Source of the DNA: Xylella taiwanensis
GTDB taxonomy: Bacteria > Pseudomonadota > Gammaproteobacteria > Xanthomonadales > Xanthomonadaceae
Assembly (NCBI RefSeq): GCF_013177435.1
Contig: NZ_CP053627.1
Location: 1,470,001-1,502,000 of the forward strand
Length of the DNA stretch: 32,000 nucleotides
Reading direction: 5' to 3'
Part shown: positions 19,055 through 28,567 of the stretch, piece after piece
Position numbering within the stretch: the stretch's first letter is position 1
Layout: each line of letters begins with the position of its first letter
Notes under the pieces: generated by a model
Database searches by the model: none
The model's input: the letters and a program-made list of their open reading frames with translations, nothing else
Told to the model about the DNA's origin: nothing
Translations under genes and position numbers: made by a program

Positions 19055-19768
19055 TCAGACCTGCACGGCAATCGGACAACTCACTCCAGTGCCTCCCAAG
19101 CCGCAATAGCCGTTCGGATGTTTTGCAAGATATTGCTGGTGCTCATCCTCGGCATAGTAGAAAGGCGGTGCTGGATGGAGTATCTCTGTAGTAATCGCGT
19201 CGTAACCCGCCGCACTTAACTGTTGCTGGTAAACCTCTCGACTGGCTAATGCCGCAGTGTGTTGCTCAGACGTAGTGCAATAGATCACAGAACGGTACTG
19301 GGTACCAATGTCATTGCCCTGGCGCATCCCTTGGGTGGGATCATGGCATTCCCAAAATGCCTGCAACAAACGTTCAAATGAAATAACAGTGTGGTCATAC
19401 ACCACCAAGACCACCTCGGCATGACCCGTCTGCCCAGAACAGACTTCACGGTAAGTCGGATACGAGACTACACCGCCAGCATAACCAGCTGCTGTGCTGA
19501 ATACTCCCGGCAATTGCCAGAACATACGCTCAGCACCCCAAAAACAACCCAATCCAAATTGGACCTGCGCCAAACCCAAGAAAACATCGCGTAGTGGATG
19601 GCCATTGACGTAATGGCGATTATGCAATGGCAGTGGTTCGGTACGTCCTGCCTGGGATCCATCAATGTGTGGTATACCCTGTTTGAAGGTTCCGATTTTC
19701 AGTATCACGGTACAACCTCCGATTGAATATGTTTCATGCTGCGAGGCGATGTCCAGGGACGCTTTCAA
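19055..19768 (-). CDS. msrA: Peptide-methionine (S)-S-oxide reductase MsrA
   Basis: It has the [16 protein letters not shown] active-site motif. It is collinear with E. coli MsrA through ...[23 protein letters not shown]. The N-terminal ~25 codons extend beyond E. coli MsrA, so the start is uncertain. Confidence 0.92.
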   Translation of the reverse strand: MKASLDIASQHETYSIGGCTVILKIGTFKQGIPHIDGSQAGRTEPLPLHNRHYVNGHPLRDVFLGLAQVQFGLGCFWGAERMFWQLPGVFSTAAGYAGGVVSYPTYREVCSGQTGHAEVVLVVYDHTVISFERLLQAFWECHDPTQGMRQGNDIGTQYRSVIYCTTSEQHTAALASREVYQQQLSAAGYDAITTEILHPAPPFYYAEDEHQQYLAKHPNGYCGLGGTGVSCPIAVQV

Positions 19769-19817
19769 ACCCGCTTAGACTTCAAGTTCAACGTTAGCCA
19801 GTACTCAGAGACTGAAC

Positions 19818-20324
19818 TTAGAAGCATCCCCCCTCCGGCATTGTGGAACTGTGGTGATGAATGATTTTCCACTCTCCGGCACGCTTACTGTAAACGAAGG
19901 TGTAGCGTGCCTGGAGGTTACGTTTGCTGCCATCCTTGTTGGTTAAAGTGAAGGTATAGACGCCAGCATCCACGGCATTGTTCTCGTCAATCAGATGCGT
20001 TTTACGGTAGTTAACTTCTCCTTTTGGCTTAAGCTCCATGAACTTCTTAAAATAATCATAAATCTCAGCATGAGAGCTACGGACCTGATTAGATATCGTT
20101 GGCAACAGCACAGCATGTGGTGCGTACAACTCAACAACATTGCGTGGATTATCGGTGGCCAAGGCCGCATTCCAACGATCAAACAGCTGAGCAACTTCAC
20201 GCACCTCACCGGCAGAAGGCAAGGGTGCGCTTCCTTTGTAGCACTTTGGATTACCTGCTAAAGCTGGTAATGCAAGGAATGAGAATAATAGAGAGAGCAA
20301 AATGCGATACACGGGAGACGACAT
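19818..20324 (-). CDS. Secreted NTF2-like fold protein (SnoaL/DUF4440/SgcJ-EcaC-like)
   Basis: 168-aa ORF with signal peptide MSSPVYRILLSLLFSFLALPALA|G. The core FDRWNAALATDNPRNVVELYAPHAVLLPT...ARYTFVYSKRAGEWKIIHHHSS is typical of this family. GGAGAA lies 7 nt upstream of the ATG. Confidence 0.7.
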   Translation of the reverse strand: MSSPVYRILLSLLFSFLALPALAGNPKCYKGSAPLPSAGEVREVAQLFDRWNAALATDNPRNVVELYAPHAVLLPTISNQVRSSHAEIYDYFKKFMELKPKGEVNYRKTHLIDENNAVDAGVYTFTLTNKDGSKRNLQARYTFVYSKRAGEWKIIHHHSSTMPEGGCF

Positions 20325-20342
20325 CGATTATTTCTCCAAGTT

Positions 20343-20378
20343 AGAAAAAAGATTTAGCGTTCATCAAAGCGCTAAATC
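20343..20378 (-). terminator. Rho-independent terminator-like hairpin on the minus strand, 19 nt upstream of the NTF2-like gene start
   Basis: The minus strand reads GATTTAGCG-CTTTGATGAA-CGCTAAATC followed by TTTTTTCTAA. This is a 9-bp perfect stem plus a T6 tract. Confidence 0.45.
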
Positions 20379-21760
20379 TATAGAAAATACATCAACGATC
20401 ATTAGCACTCCAACTCAAGAATCATACACATGAAAAAATAAGAAACCCGTGTTCAATCTCAAACTATGATTTTCCAACACTCATGCTGCTTCGCATGAGC
20501 AATGCTGTAGTAAGTTTCAAGGAACAATGAACGTTAGATAGTATGATTCCAACTAAAGCGCATTACATAGCCAATGGGCCTTTCAATCCAGTAAAACCAC
20601 TATTCCACACAAGGACACTTTGATAGAAGCAGTCTACTGTGCATTCACACATGCACTACGTCGTGACAATCCAGCACTACTAGCATCCTTATTCGCAGTG
20701 TTTCCAGATTGTGTCAATGAGTCTGCTGTGAAGTCGACACAAACTGATCTCTGTATCTCCCAAACATGTATGAAAAACACATGCTGGATTGCTACCACTT
20801 GGATTAACTAACCGAAATTGTACTTGCTGTGAAGTAAGTGATCATATCCAAACAGAAAATCTAAGCAGTGCCCGTGGTGACAACGACATGAGTAACTTGG
20901 CCTGTCACTGGAGGATTTGATTACCCACACACGATAGATCAGGAGGAGTAGCACGTTTTATGCCAGCAATCTATCCAGTATTAAACTTTAGAACATCAGT
21001 GCTGCATCAGCGATCTGCACTAAGGAATACGCAGACCAAAACAGGCGTACACCACAAAGGGCGAGCCAGCAAAGTCTGCTTCCCATTCCATTCAAAGATT
21101 ACAATGCCCCATCATACCTTTATGAGGTGGTTGAACGCTTGCACCAACATATCAAAACCACAGTTCTTGGAAAGCGTTTCAAAGCAATCGCAGTACTCTT
21201 CTTCTATTCCCACAAAAATGAGTTGCAGATTCAATGTGGTGTTCGCAGTAACTTAATTAGCACTAGCACTAGCACTGTCACAACGACTCCGCAAATTGGC
21301 GACCAACACCAACCTATCACTCATGCACTCACCACGCACTTTGGATAGGTCGATCAGTACCTACTAAATATGATGAGCAAACTTCTATACGCTCACTACA
21401 ATCCTTAGACATCGGTGGACTAAAAAATTGCATGACACGCCACTTGGTAGCTTTGACCATAGTAGCCAAAGGTGAATCGTGTTACAGCTGGGTGGAGTAC
21501 CACGTCCCAATCGAACATCATACGTCGCCTATAAGGTGTTTCTGCGGAGTAAACTCGATAGCGGTAATGCAACTGAACCACTTCTAATGGATCGCATCGG
21601 TGGTGCTATCTTTGGACATACGCGGTTGCCAGCAATCGAACCTGCTGGATTTGTTACCCTTAAATCTATGTCTTTGCCTCGCACCTATTGGCTAACATCG
21701 ACAGTTACCCTACATTGCGCTTGCCGACGGTGTCGGCAAGACCCAACCACCACTTGATTT

Positions 21761-22168
21761 ATGGAACAGGACACCATGGCAAAAACCGCCAAGAATACGA
21801 GGGCTGCTCCGAAGAAAGCAGTGAAAAAACAAGCCGCTAAGCCGGCCACCATAAAACCGATCAAAGAAACATTGAGCAAATCTGCTTTGGTAACTCACTT
21901 AGCTGAATCCACAGCATTGGCGCCCAAGGACGTACGCACCTTGCTCGGAGCACTGGAGAATACCATTCACGCCTCATTGAATAAGAAGGGGATCGGCAGT
22001 TTCACCCTTCCTGGCCTGTTGAAGATCAGCACGGTCAATGTACCAGCCAAGCCAAAGCGCAAGGGAATCAACCCTTTTACCAAAGAAGAGCAATGGTTCG
22101 CCGCCAAGCCAGCTTCGGTGAAGATCAAGACCCGCCCTTTGAAAAAGCTTAAAGACGCAACACTTTGA
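21761..22168 (+). CDS. HU/IHF-family DNA-binding protein with a Lys/Ala-rich (histone H1-like) N-terminal extension
   Basis: 135-aa ORF. The N-terminal tail is AKTAKNTRAAPKKAVKKQAAKPATIKPIK. It is followed by an HU-fold pattern, LSKSALVTHLAESTALAPKDVRTLLGALENTI...GSFTLPGLLKI...RKGINPFTKEE...AAKPASVKIKTRPLKKLKD. The start could be the second ATG, at 21776. Confidence 0.85.
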   Translation: MEQDTMAKTAKNTRAAPKKAVKKQAAKPATIKPIKETLSKSALVTHLAESTALAPKDVRTLLGALENTIHASLNKKGIGSFTLPGLLKISTVNVPAKPKRKGINPFTKEEQWFAAKPASVKIKTRPLKKLKDATL

Positions 22169-22198
22169 TGGCTCATCATCGATATCCGTAGTAAAACG

Positions 22199-22230
22199 AT
22201 TGGGACGGCTGAGGTCGTCCCAATTTCATT
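22199..22230 (+). terminator. Rho-independent terminator candidate after the HU-like gene
   Basis: ATTGGGACG-GCTGAGGT-CGTCCCAAT forms a 9-bp stem, followed by TTCATT. It lies 30 nt after the stop codon. Confidence 0.55.
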
Positions 22231-23561
22231 AGCACGCTCCCCTGGCACTGCTATTTTTGTATATGAATTGTGCTCTAGTAGCCCCTGCGCGCCGCTAAAC
22301 TATAGTCATTAGAGAAAGCTAAAAAAAACTTGATGCCAAGTTCAATATATACTGATCTATCCGAATATGGCTCATAAAATATAACAAGGCTAAATTACCT
22401 AACCACTTCATTGGATAGAATAAAACACATTAAATAGTGCGAGATTAAAAACCATATTTTTGACATCCTCTGGCATTGACATATTGTTTGTTGTATAAAA
22501 AACTCAGTATGCTCGGTACCGGTACGCTGCTAATGGATGAAGTACAGAAGTGGGTCGAATACGACTTGCCTCGCAAAATAATAGATCAAAGTTCGTTCAT
22601 CCAGATAGAACGATGAATGGCCCGAACAGGTCATCCGTAGCGGGAACCTATCGACGGCATCGTATCGCTGGCACACCCGTTTGCATATGCGTTTCCCGAT
22701 CGCGGCGAAACGAAGTCCGGCAAGGTCGACGAAGTCCAATACATCCTGATCGACTCTCAATGATCGTGCTCACGCACCAACAAGCACTTGAAGCATAAAA
22801 AATACCCGACCACAAACACTCGAACAGTTTGCAAGGTGGCTTAAGTATCAGGATGCCTTCTAAGAATGAATACGTATTACAGGCATTTGCAGTTGATCAT
22901 TACCAAAGAAGAAGTCCTGGATATCTGGTGTATGCAGAATCGCATCACTCGACCTAGCTAAGCCGTTATTACTAAATGGCCAACAAGAACGATGTCCCCT
23001 TAAGTAGGGACGGTTAGATCCAACCCTACCAAGAGCATCATTGCACCACGCTTAAATCGAAAATGCATCAAAAATGTCGCTTGAGCAGCCACGCATGACC
23101 ACAAAAAAATGTGAGTACATCTATAATTAATCAAGGTCTCTACAAAGGCGCTAGGAAACACATCAACCTTGAAAAGGTTGTAATGAGGATGAAAGAATCA
23201 TATTTGCACGCATTCAAATTATGTAAAGTATCGATAAAGCATTCAAGCATCTCCTTGACTCGTATCCCCTTTATAGATCAGCTCCGAATCAAACTGCTAT
23301 CGATCACTGATATCATGCAATCTCAACTTGCTTTGAATGTTTCCAGGTTTCAAAAAAAGATTGTGATTTTTTGAATGGACTTTCCGTAATGAGCTCACTA
23401 GTTGCAGCAAATACTATCTCGGCGATGATAAGTGGGCATCAACATAAATCATGCTGCCTTGACACCTTAGATAGATTACTTCAATTGAACATGACGCTCA
23501 TGACAGCACCTTGTTAAACTTATCAGATGATTCCTCCACCCAATTATTCCTGGAGTTTTAA

Positions 23562-25724
23562 GTGATCTCGCGTACCGCCATTTTAGCTGCTGCCATTAGC
23601 TTGTCGCTTGCTGGCTGTTCTTCCAAAGAATCATCCACAATGCCCGAAAAAACTACCACCACACCCTCAGTGCCAGTCACCACCAATCCACTGCTAATTG
23701 TTAGTTCGTTACCGTTCCAGGCGCCACCTTTTGACAAGATCAAGGACAGCGATTATTTGCCCGCCTTCGAGGAGGGCATGAAGCAAGATCTGGCCGATGT
23801 CGTCAAGATTGCTGAAAACCTCGACAAACCGACCTTCGAGAACACCATCGAAGCGCTAGAGCGCAGCGGCACAACCTTGAATCGGGTCTCGAATATCTTC
23901 TTCGGTCTAGTACAAGCCGATACCAATGATGCGCGCCAAAAGATTCAGCAGGAAATCGCCCCCAAGTTGGCTGCACACCAAGATGAGATTTATTTGAATC
24001 CCAAGCTATTCAACCGAATCAAATCAGTTTATGACCAGCGTGACACGCTTAATTTGGATCCATTACAGAAACGCTTGGTCGAACGTGATTACGAAAAGTT
24101 CGTGCGCGCTGGGGCACAGTTGCCTGAAGCAGACAAAGCAACCTTGCGCAAACTCAACGTCGAAGAGAGCATGCTGTCTACACAGTTCCATACCAAGCTG
24201 GTCGCTGCCACAGCGAGCAGTGCTGTAGTGGTCGACGAAAAAAATAAGCTCGACGGACTGAGCGAAGGTGATATCGCTGCAGCGGCGGAAGCTGCCAAGG
24301 CACGTAAGTTCAACGACAAGTACGTGCTCGCATTGCAAAACACCACTCAACAACCTGTATTAGCTTCACTGAAGGACCGTGAGTTGCGTGCTCAGGTGCT
24401 ACAAGCATCAGAAACCCGGACCGAGAAGGGCGACGCCAACGATACTCGCCAGATCGTGCAACGTCTGAGTCAGCTACGTGCGCAAAAAGCCAAATTACTA
24501 GGTTTCCCAAACTACGCTGCTTACAGCCTAGCCGATCAGATGGCAAAGACCCCTGATGCGGCAATGAAGCTACTGAACGATACAGTGCCCGCGGCGACTA
24601 CGAAAGCACACAACGAAGCTGCCGAGATTCAGAAATTGATTGATACGCAACGCGTCAATACAAAAGAAAATCGCTTTAATTTCACCGCCTCTGACTGGAG
24701 CTTCTATGCGGAGCAGGTGCGCAAAGCAAAGTACAACCTGGACGAAGAGCAGATCAAACCATATTTTGAACTCGACAATGTGCTGCAAAACGGCGTGTTC
24801 TACGCGGCCAATCAACTATACGGACTCACTTTTAAAGAACGGAAAGATATACCCACTTACCATCCGGACATGAAGGTCTACGAGGTATTTGACCATGATG
24901 GCACCTCGTTGGCGCTGTTTTACACCGATTACTTCAAACGCGACAGTAAATCCGGTGGTGCGTGGATGGCCGAGTTAGTCGAACAAAATGGGCTTACCGG
25001 CACAAAACCTGTGGTCTACAACGTCTGCAACTTTACCAAACCGGCCCCAGGCCAGCCGGCGCTACTGAGCTTCAAAGACGTTATCACCCTCTTCCACGAA
25101 TTCGGCCATGCACTGCACGGTATATTCTCGAAAGTGAAGTATCCTTCACTGGCAGGAACCTCACGCGACTTTGTCGAATTCCCGTCGCAATTCAACGAAC
25201 ATTGGGCCTCCGATCCAAAAGTGTTCGCACATTACGCCAAGCACTACCAAACCGGTGAGTCGATGCCACAGAGCTTGGTGGAAAGTATCCACAAGGCAAA
25301 AACGTTCAATCAGGGTTACATAACCACCGAGTACCTTTCAGCCGCGCTTCTCGACTTGGCTTGGCATACTCTGCCAGCAGATGTGCCACTACAGGATGTA
25401 GACAAATTCGAAGCCGACGCACTAAAGAAGTACAAGATCGATCTGAAAGAAGTGCCGCCACGCTATCGCACCAGCTATTTCGACCACATTTGGAGTGGCG
25501 GCTATTCGGGAAGCTACTACGCTTACTTCTGGTCTGAAGTGCTGAGTGACGACGCATTCGAGTGGTTTAAACAGCACGGTGGCCTAGACCGCAAGAACGG
25601 CGATATATTCCGCGACAAAATTCTCTCGCGTGGTAACAGCATCGAGCTGGGTGACTTGTATCGACAATTCCGAGGCCAGAATCCAAGTGTACAACCACTG
25701 TTGGAGAATCGTGGGTTGAAGTGA
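23562..25724 (+). CDS. dcp: Peptidyl-dipeptidase Dcp (M3-family zinc metallopeptidase), predicted lipoprotein
   Basis: 720-aa ORF with a GTG start. It has the zinc motif LFHEFGHALHG and is M3-like throughout. The N-terminus ILAAAISLSLAG|CSS is a lipobox (L-A-G-C). Confidence 0.92.
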   Translation: MISRTAILAAAISLSLAGCSSKESSTMPEKTTTTPSVPVTTNPLLIVSSLPFQAPPFDKIKDSDYLPAFEEGMKQDLADVVKIAENLDKPTFENTIEALERSGTTLNRVSNIFFGLVQADTNDARQKIQQEIAPKLAAHQDEIYLNPKLFNRIKSVYDQRDTLNLDPLQKRLVERDYEKFVRAGAQLPEADKATLRKLNVEESMLSTQFHTKLVAATASSAVVVDEKNKLDGLSEGDIAAAAEAAKARKFNDKYVLALQNTTQQPVLASLKDRELRAQVLQASETRTEKGDANDTRQIVQRLSQLRAQKAKLLGFPNYAAYSLADQMAKTPDAAMKLLNDTVPAATTKAHNEAAEIQKLIDTQRVNTKENRFNFTASDWSFYAEQVRKAKYNLDEEQIKPYFELDNVLQNGVFYAANQLYGLTFKERKDIPTYHPDMKVYEVFDHDGTSLALFYTDYFKRDSKSGGAWMAELVEQNGLTGTKPVVYNVCNFTKPAPGQPALLSFKDVITLFHEFGHALHGIFSKVKYPSLAGTSRDFVEFPSQFNEHWASDPKVFAHYAKHYQTGESMPQSLVESIHKAKTFNQGYITTEYLSAALLDLAWHTLPADVPLQDVDKFEADALKKYKIDLKEVPPRYRTSYFDHIWSGGYSGSYYAYFWSEVLSDDAFEWFKQHGGLDRKNGDIFRDKILSRGNSIELGDLYRQFRGQNPSVQPLLENRGLK

Positions 25725-25744
25725 ATGAACCTGTGTGTTCAGCA

Positions 25745-25780
25745 GAACGAGGTGGCATCGTCCATCTCGTTCTTATTTCT
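25745..25780. terminator. Hairpin plus T-rich tract between convergent dcp and the 25810-26277 gene
   Basis: GAACGAG...CTCGTTC forms a 7-bp outer stem with inner TGG/CCA pairing, followed by TTATTTCTAATTT. Confidence 0.45.
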
Positions 25781-25809
25781 AATTTGCTCGGACGGTAAAC
25801 TTGACCGCC

Positions 25810-26277
25810 TCAGTCAGAGTAAAAATGCGTAATGCTATAGTCTGAGTAAAAATGCATACCGCTATTAATCGCGCACTGGTAGGCAAACACTGAACCACGC
25901 GGAGTCATGGCTGGGAGATCATACATGTACGTAGTAAATCTGATATTTCCGTTTTTATACACCTGGTAGCGCATGAATTGCTGGATCGGTTTTCCATCAT
26001 CGGAGACAGTAAAGTGTTCGTCCGAGAATGCCAATGTGCCATCGGCGGTGAGTCGATATGCTTGAATGTGTAAGCTACCACGCGTCTGACTAACCGGCGT
26101 CCCACTCTCTGGGATGCAGTTGGATAGTTTAATCGAAACTGAAACAGCATGACCAGTATCAAACGCTGCGAGAATTTCTGACTGCGTATTAAGGGATAAC
26201 GGAAATGGCAGTGCCATGACCGAGGCTACAGGTACCAACGACAACAGCAATGTGCCAACAAAAGTAATGCGTATCAT
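25810..26277 (-). CDS. Small secreted hypothetical protein (possibly VirK-family-like; unverified)
   Basis: The best start is the ATG at 26277 (MIRITFVGTLLLSLVPVASVMA|LP, a signal peptide), with GAGGAAG 7 nt upstream. The ORF is open from 26352. The mature ~130-aa domain contains two Cys. The VirK resemblance comes from memory only. Confidence 0.6.
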   Translation of the reverse strand: MIRITFVGTLLLSLVPVASVMALPFPLSLNTQSEILAAFDTGHAVSVSIKLSNCIPESGTPVSQTRGSLHIQAYRLTADGTLAFSDEHFTVSDDGKPIQQFMRYQVYKNGNIRFTTYMYDLPAMTPRGSVFAYQCAINSGMHFYSDYSITHFYSD

Positions 26278-27251
26278 TGGGATACTTCCTCGAATTAAGT
26301 TGGACCGAGATAAAACAGACATCACGGATTTTAAAGAGTATATAAAACACATGATATTAGTATGTGAATTTTAAATTCATTATTTTTATTAATTAAAATG
26401 CATCACACTTCCGTTGTCATAAATATCTTTATTTTCTTAAAAAATAATAAAATATTATAATCTTAATGAAGAAAATACATTTCCATCACGATAGAAAATA
26501 AGCCATGCATTGGATGATGTTTATCTTTGATTGATGATCCGAGTCAAATAGTGAAAAAACATTCGGTAACAATGAACAATGATATCGACAAGTAAAGTAC
26601 CAGCAAACCATCATTCATGAAGATACTGTTTGCTGAGGTCCAAGAACCATGTTTCTTATCTACTTGGCAAGACGTTCTCGTAGTTATGCAGCGACCAGCA
26701 ACCTACCAGTCTCTTTGTCAGCCACATACACTGACTCCCCGTATAAAACACAGCGTATGGTTCATCGTCTTGCAGTTCAGTAATGAAGTAGTACACCGGA
26801 GGCAACCTCCAAATTATCGTCGACTAGAACTAAAAATAAGCATCGCTTTTAACCTTCTCGATTAATCGACAAATCATCGATGAATCATCACTAAAACTCT
26901 TCTCAAAGGATCATTAGACACACATCGAACTTTTGTCGCATGTGATAACTACCTACCTATTGCATTCTATCTCAATAATTATTATTTTCGATTTTTATAT
27001 TTCTTTACTGTCGTTACACATTGCATGATAAACCTACGTTACTCGTAAGTCCTTGTGCTGGTGCAATGACACGATACGGTGCACCAAGCCAGGATGCGTA
27101 CCAATTTAAAGAAAGAAAAATTGTGATTTGGAATGCAAAATAAAGTCAAACCAAACAACACTCATTCAAATACTCAGGATTCAGAGTTGCCAAAGGTCAG
27201 AGGCAATATAATAATTAAAGCTCTCTGGCTTACGTGTGGCTAGTGCTCATC

Positions 27252-28550
27252 ATGACCGAACCCAAAACGCTTTCCGAATGGCTTACGTATATCGAGCAAC
27301 AACATCCTCAGTCAATCTCGATGGGTCTGGAACGCGTGAGCGCAGTGGCTGAGTCCATGAGGTTGGGACGCCCAGCGCAGCATTGCATTGTAGTCGCCGG
27401 CACTAATGGCAAAGGGTCAACCGTGGCCTTCATTGAAGCGATCGCACGCGCAGCGGGCTGGAAAATCGGCGCCTACACCTCACCGCACCTGCTGCGCTAC
27501 AACGAGCGAGTGCGTATTGATGGCAGAGAGGTGGACGATGCAATATTGGTAGAAGCTTTCTCTAGGATCGAAGCGGCGCGCAAGCAAACTGCACTGACCT
27601 CTTTTGAGTTTGGCACCCTGGCTGCCCTATGGTTATTTTCGCGCGTCGCGCTTGACTTGGCGATACTCGAAGTGGGATTAGGCGGACGCCAGGATGCAGT
27701 CAACTTAGTTGATGCTGATGTAGCTGTGATTACCACTGTGGACATCGACCATACCGATTGGCTCGGTAATGATCGCGAGACAATTGGTACAGAGAAGGCT
27801 GGCATTATTAGAAGTTGGAAGCCATTAGTGCTGGGTGAGGTCGACCCGCCATCGAGTGTGCTGCATCGCGCCTACTTACTTGGTGCCAATGCGATCCGCG
27901 CAGGCAGCGATTTTTTCTACGAACAGATCGATGAGCAGCATTGGCGCTGGCGGGATGTTTCGCTATGCATGGAGTTACCGTTGCCTACGCTGAGCGCACC
28001 GATACAGTTAGCCAATGCTGCCACCGCAATCGCTGCACTGCGCGCGCTCCCGCGGACCCTACCGCTTGTGGCCTGCGCCGACGGCGTAGTCGGAGCACAG
28101 ATTGCCGGACGTCTGCAAGCATTCAAGATCGGGCCTATCGAGGTCCTGCTTGATGTCGGTCACAACCCACAAGCTGCAAGGGCACTCGCTTCGGCGCTGC
28201 GTACTCGGCTGATACCCAGTGGCGTTACGCATGCAGTCTATGCCGCTCTGGCCGACAAGGATGTGGTGGGAGTCGCTGCTGCATTGGCTGAGGTAGTGAC
28301 ACACTGGCACTTGGCTGGGCTGGACTGCGTACGTGGACAATCGGCTGAGTGTTTGGCCGGAAGGCTGGCACAGACATCTGTGGTACCGTCTAGCCTTTCT
28401 GGCAATGTTACCGAAGCATTACAGCATGCGTTACAAACTGCAGCCCCAGGTGATCGAGTGCTTGTATTCGGCTCGTTTTACACCGTAGCCGAAGCTTTGC
28501 TACTGCTTCATTCAGTTGACAAAAGTGCAGCATTGCCAGTGGACGTATAA
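27252..28550 (+). CDS. folC: Bifunctional folylpolyglutamate synthase / dihydrofolate synthase
   Basis: It has the Mur-ligase P-loop VVAGTNGKGST, TSPHLLRYNERVRIDG and ITTVDIDHTDWLGNDRETIGTEKAGI. The ATG at 27252 (MTEPKTLSEWL) is preferred over the GTG at 27234. The folC-dedD-cvpA-purF order matches E. coli. Confidence 0.93.
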   Translation: MTEPKTLSEWLTYIEQQHPQSISMGLERVSAVAESMRLGRPAQHCIVVAGTNGKGSTVAFIEAIARAAGWKIGAYTSPHLLRYNERVRIDGREVDDAILVEAFSRIEAARKQTALTSFEFGTLAALWLFSRVALDLAILEVGLGGRQDAVNLVDADVAVITTVDIDHTDWLGNDRETIGTEKAGIIRSWKPLVLGEVDPPSSVLHRAYLLGANAIRAGSDFFYEQIDEQHWRWRDVSLCMELPLPTLSAPIQLANAATAIAALRALPRTLPLVACADGVVGAQIAGRLQAFKIGPIEVLLDVGHNPQAARALASALRTRLIPSGVTHAVYAALADKDVVGVAAALAEVVTHWHLAGLDCVRGQSAECLAGRLAQTSVVPSSLSGNVTEALQHALQTAAPGDRVLVFGSFYTVAEALLLLHSVDKSAALPVDV

Positions 28551-28567
28551 TCGGCAAGGCTTTCATT

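Noticed and set aside
20960..21348. ORFs 20960-21256 and 21127-21348, the first preceded by AGGAGGAG
   Set aside because: The SD-like sequence is 13 nt from the ATG. The product is unrecognisable and overlaps another ORF. A short (TAGCAC)x3 repeat at ~21256-21275 is too small to matter.
22530..22800. GC-richer patch with ORFs on both strands (76 aa minus, 82 aa plus, and a 27-codon ORF MDEVQKWVEYDLPRKIIDQSSFIQIER)
   Set aside because: It might be a remnant of a toxin-antitoxin or other small gene, but I could not match any frame to a known family, and all frames are interrupted.
26617..26865. 82-aa plus ORF and an antisense 46-codon ORF (26656-26796, GTG with GGAGG 9 nt upstream) in the very AT-rich folC upstream region
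   Set aside because: Neither is recognisable. The GGAGG is half of a GGAGG-TTG-CCTCC hairpin, so it may not be an SD. This is probably a promoter/regulatory region for the divergent genes.
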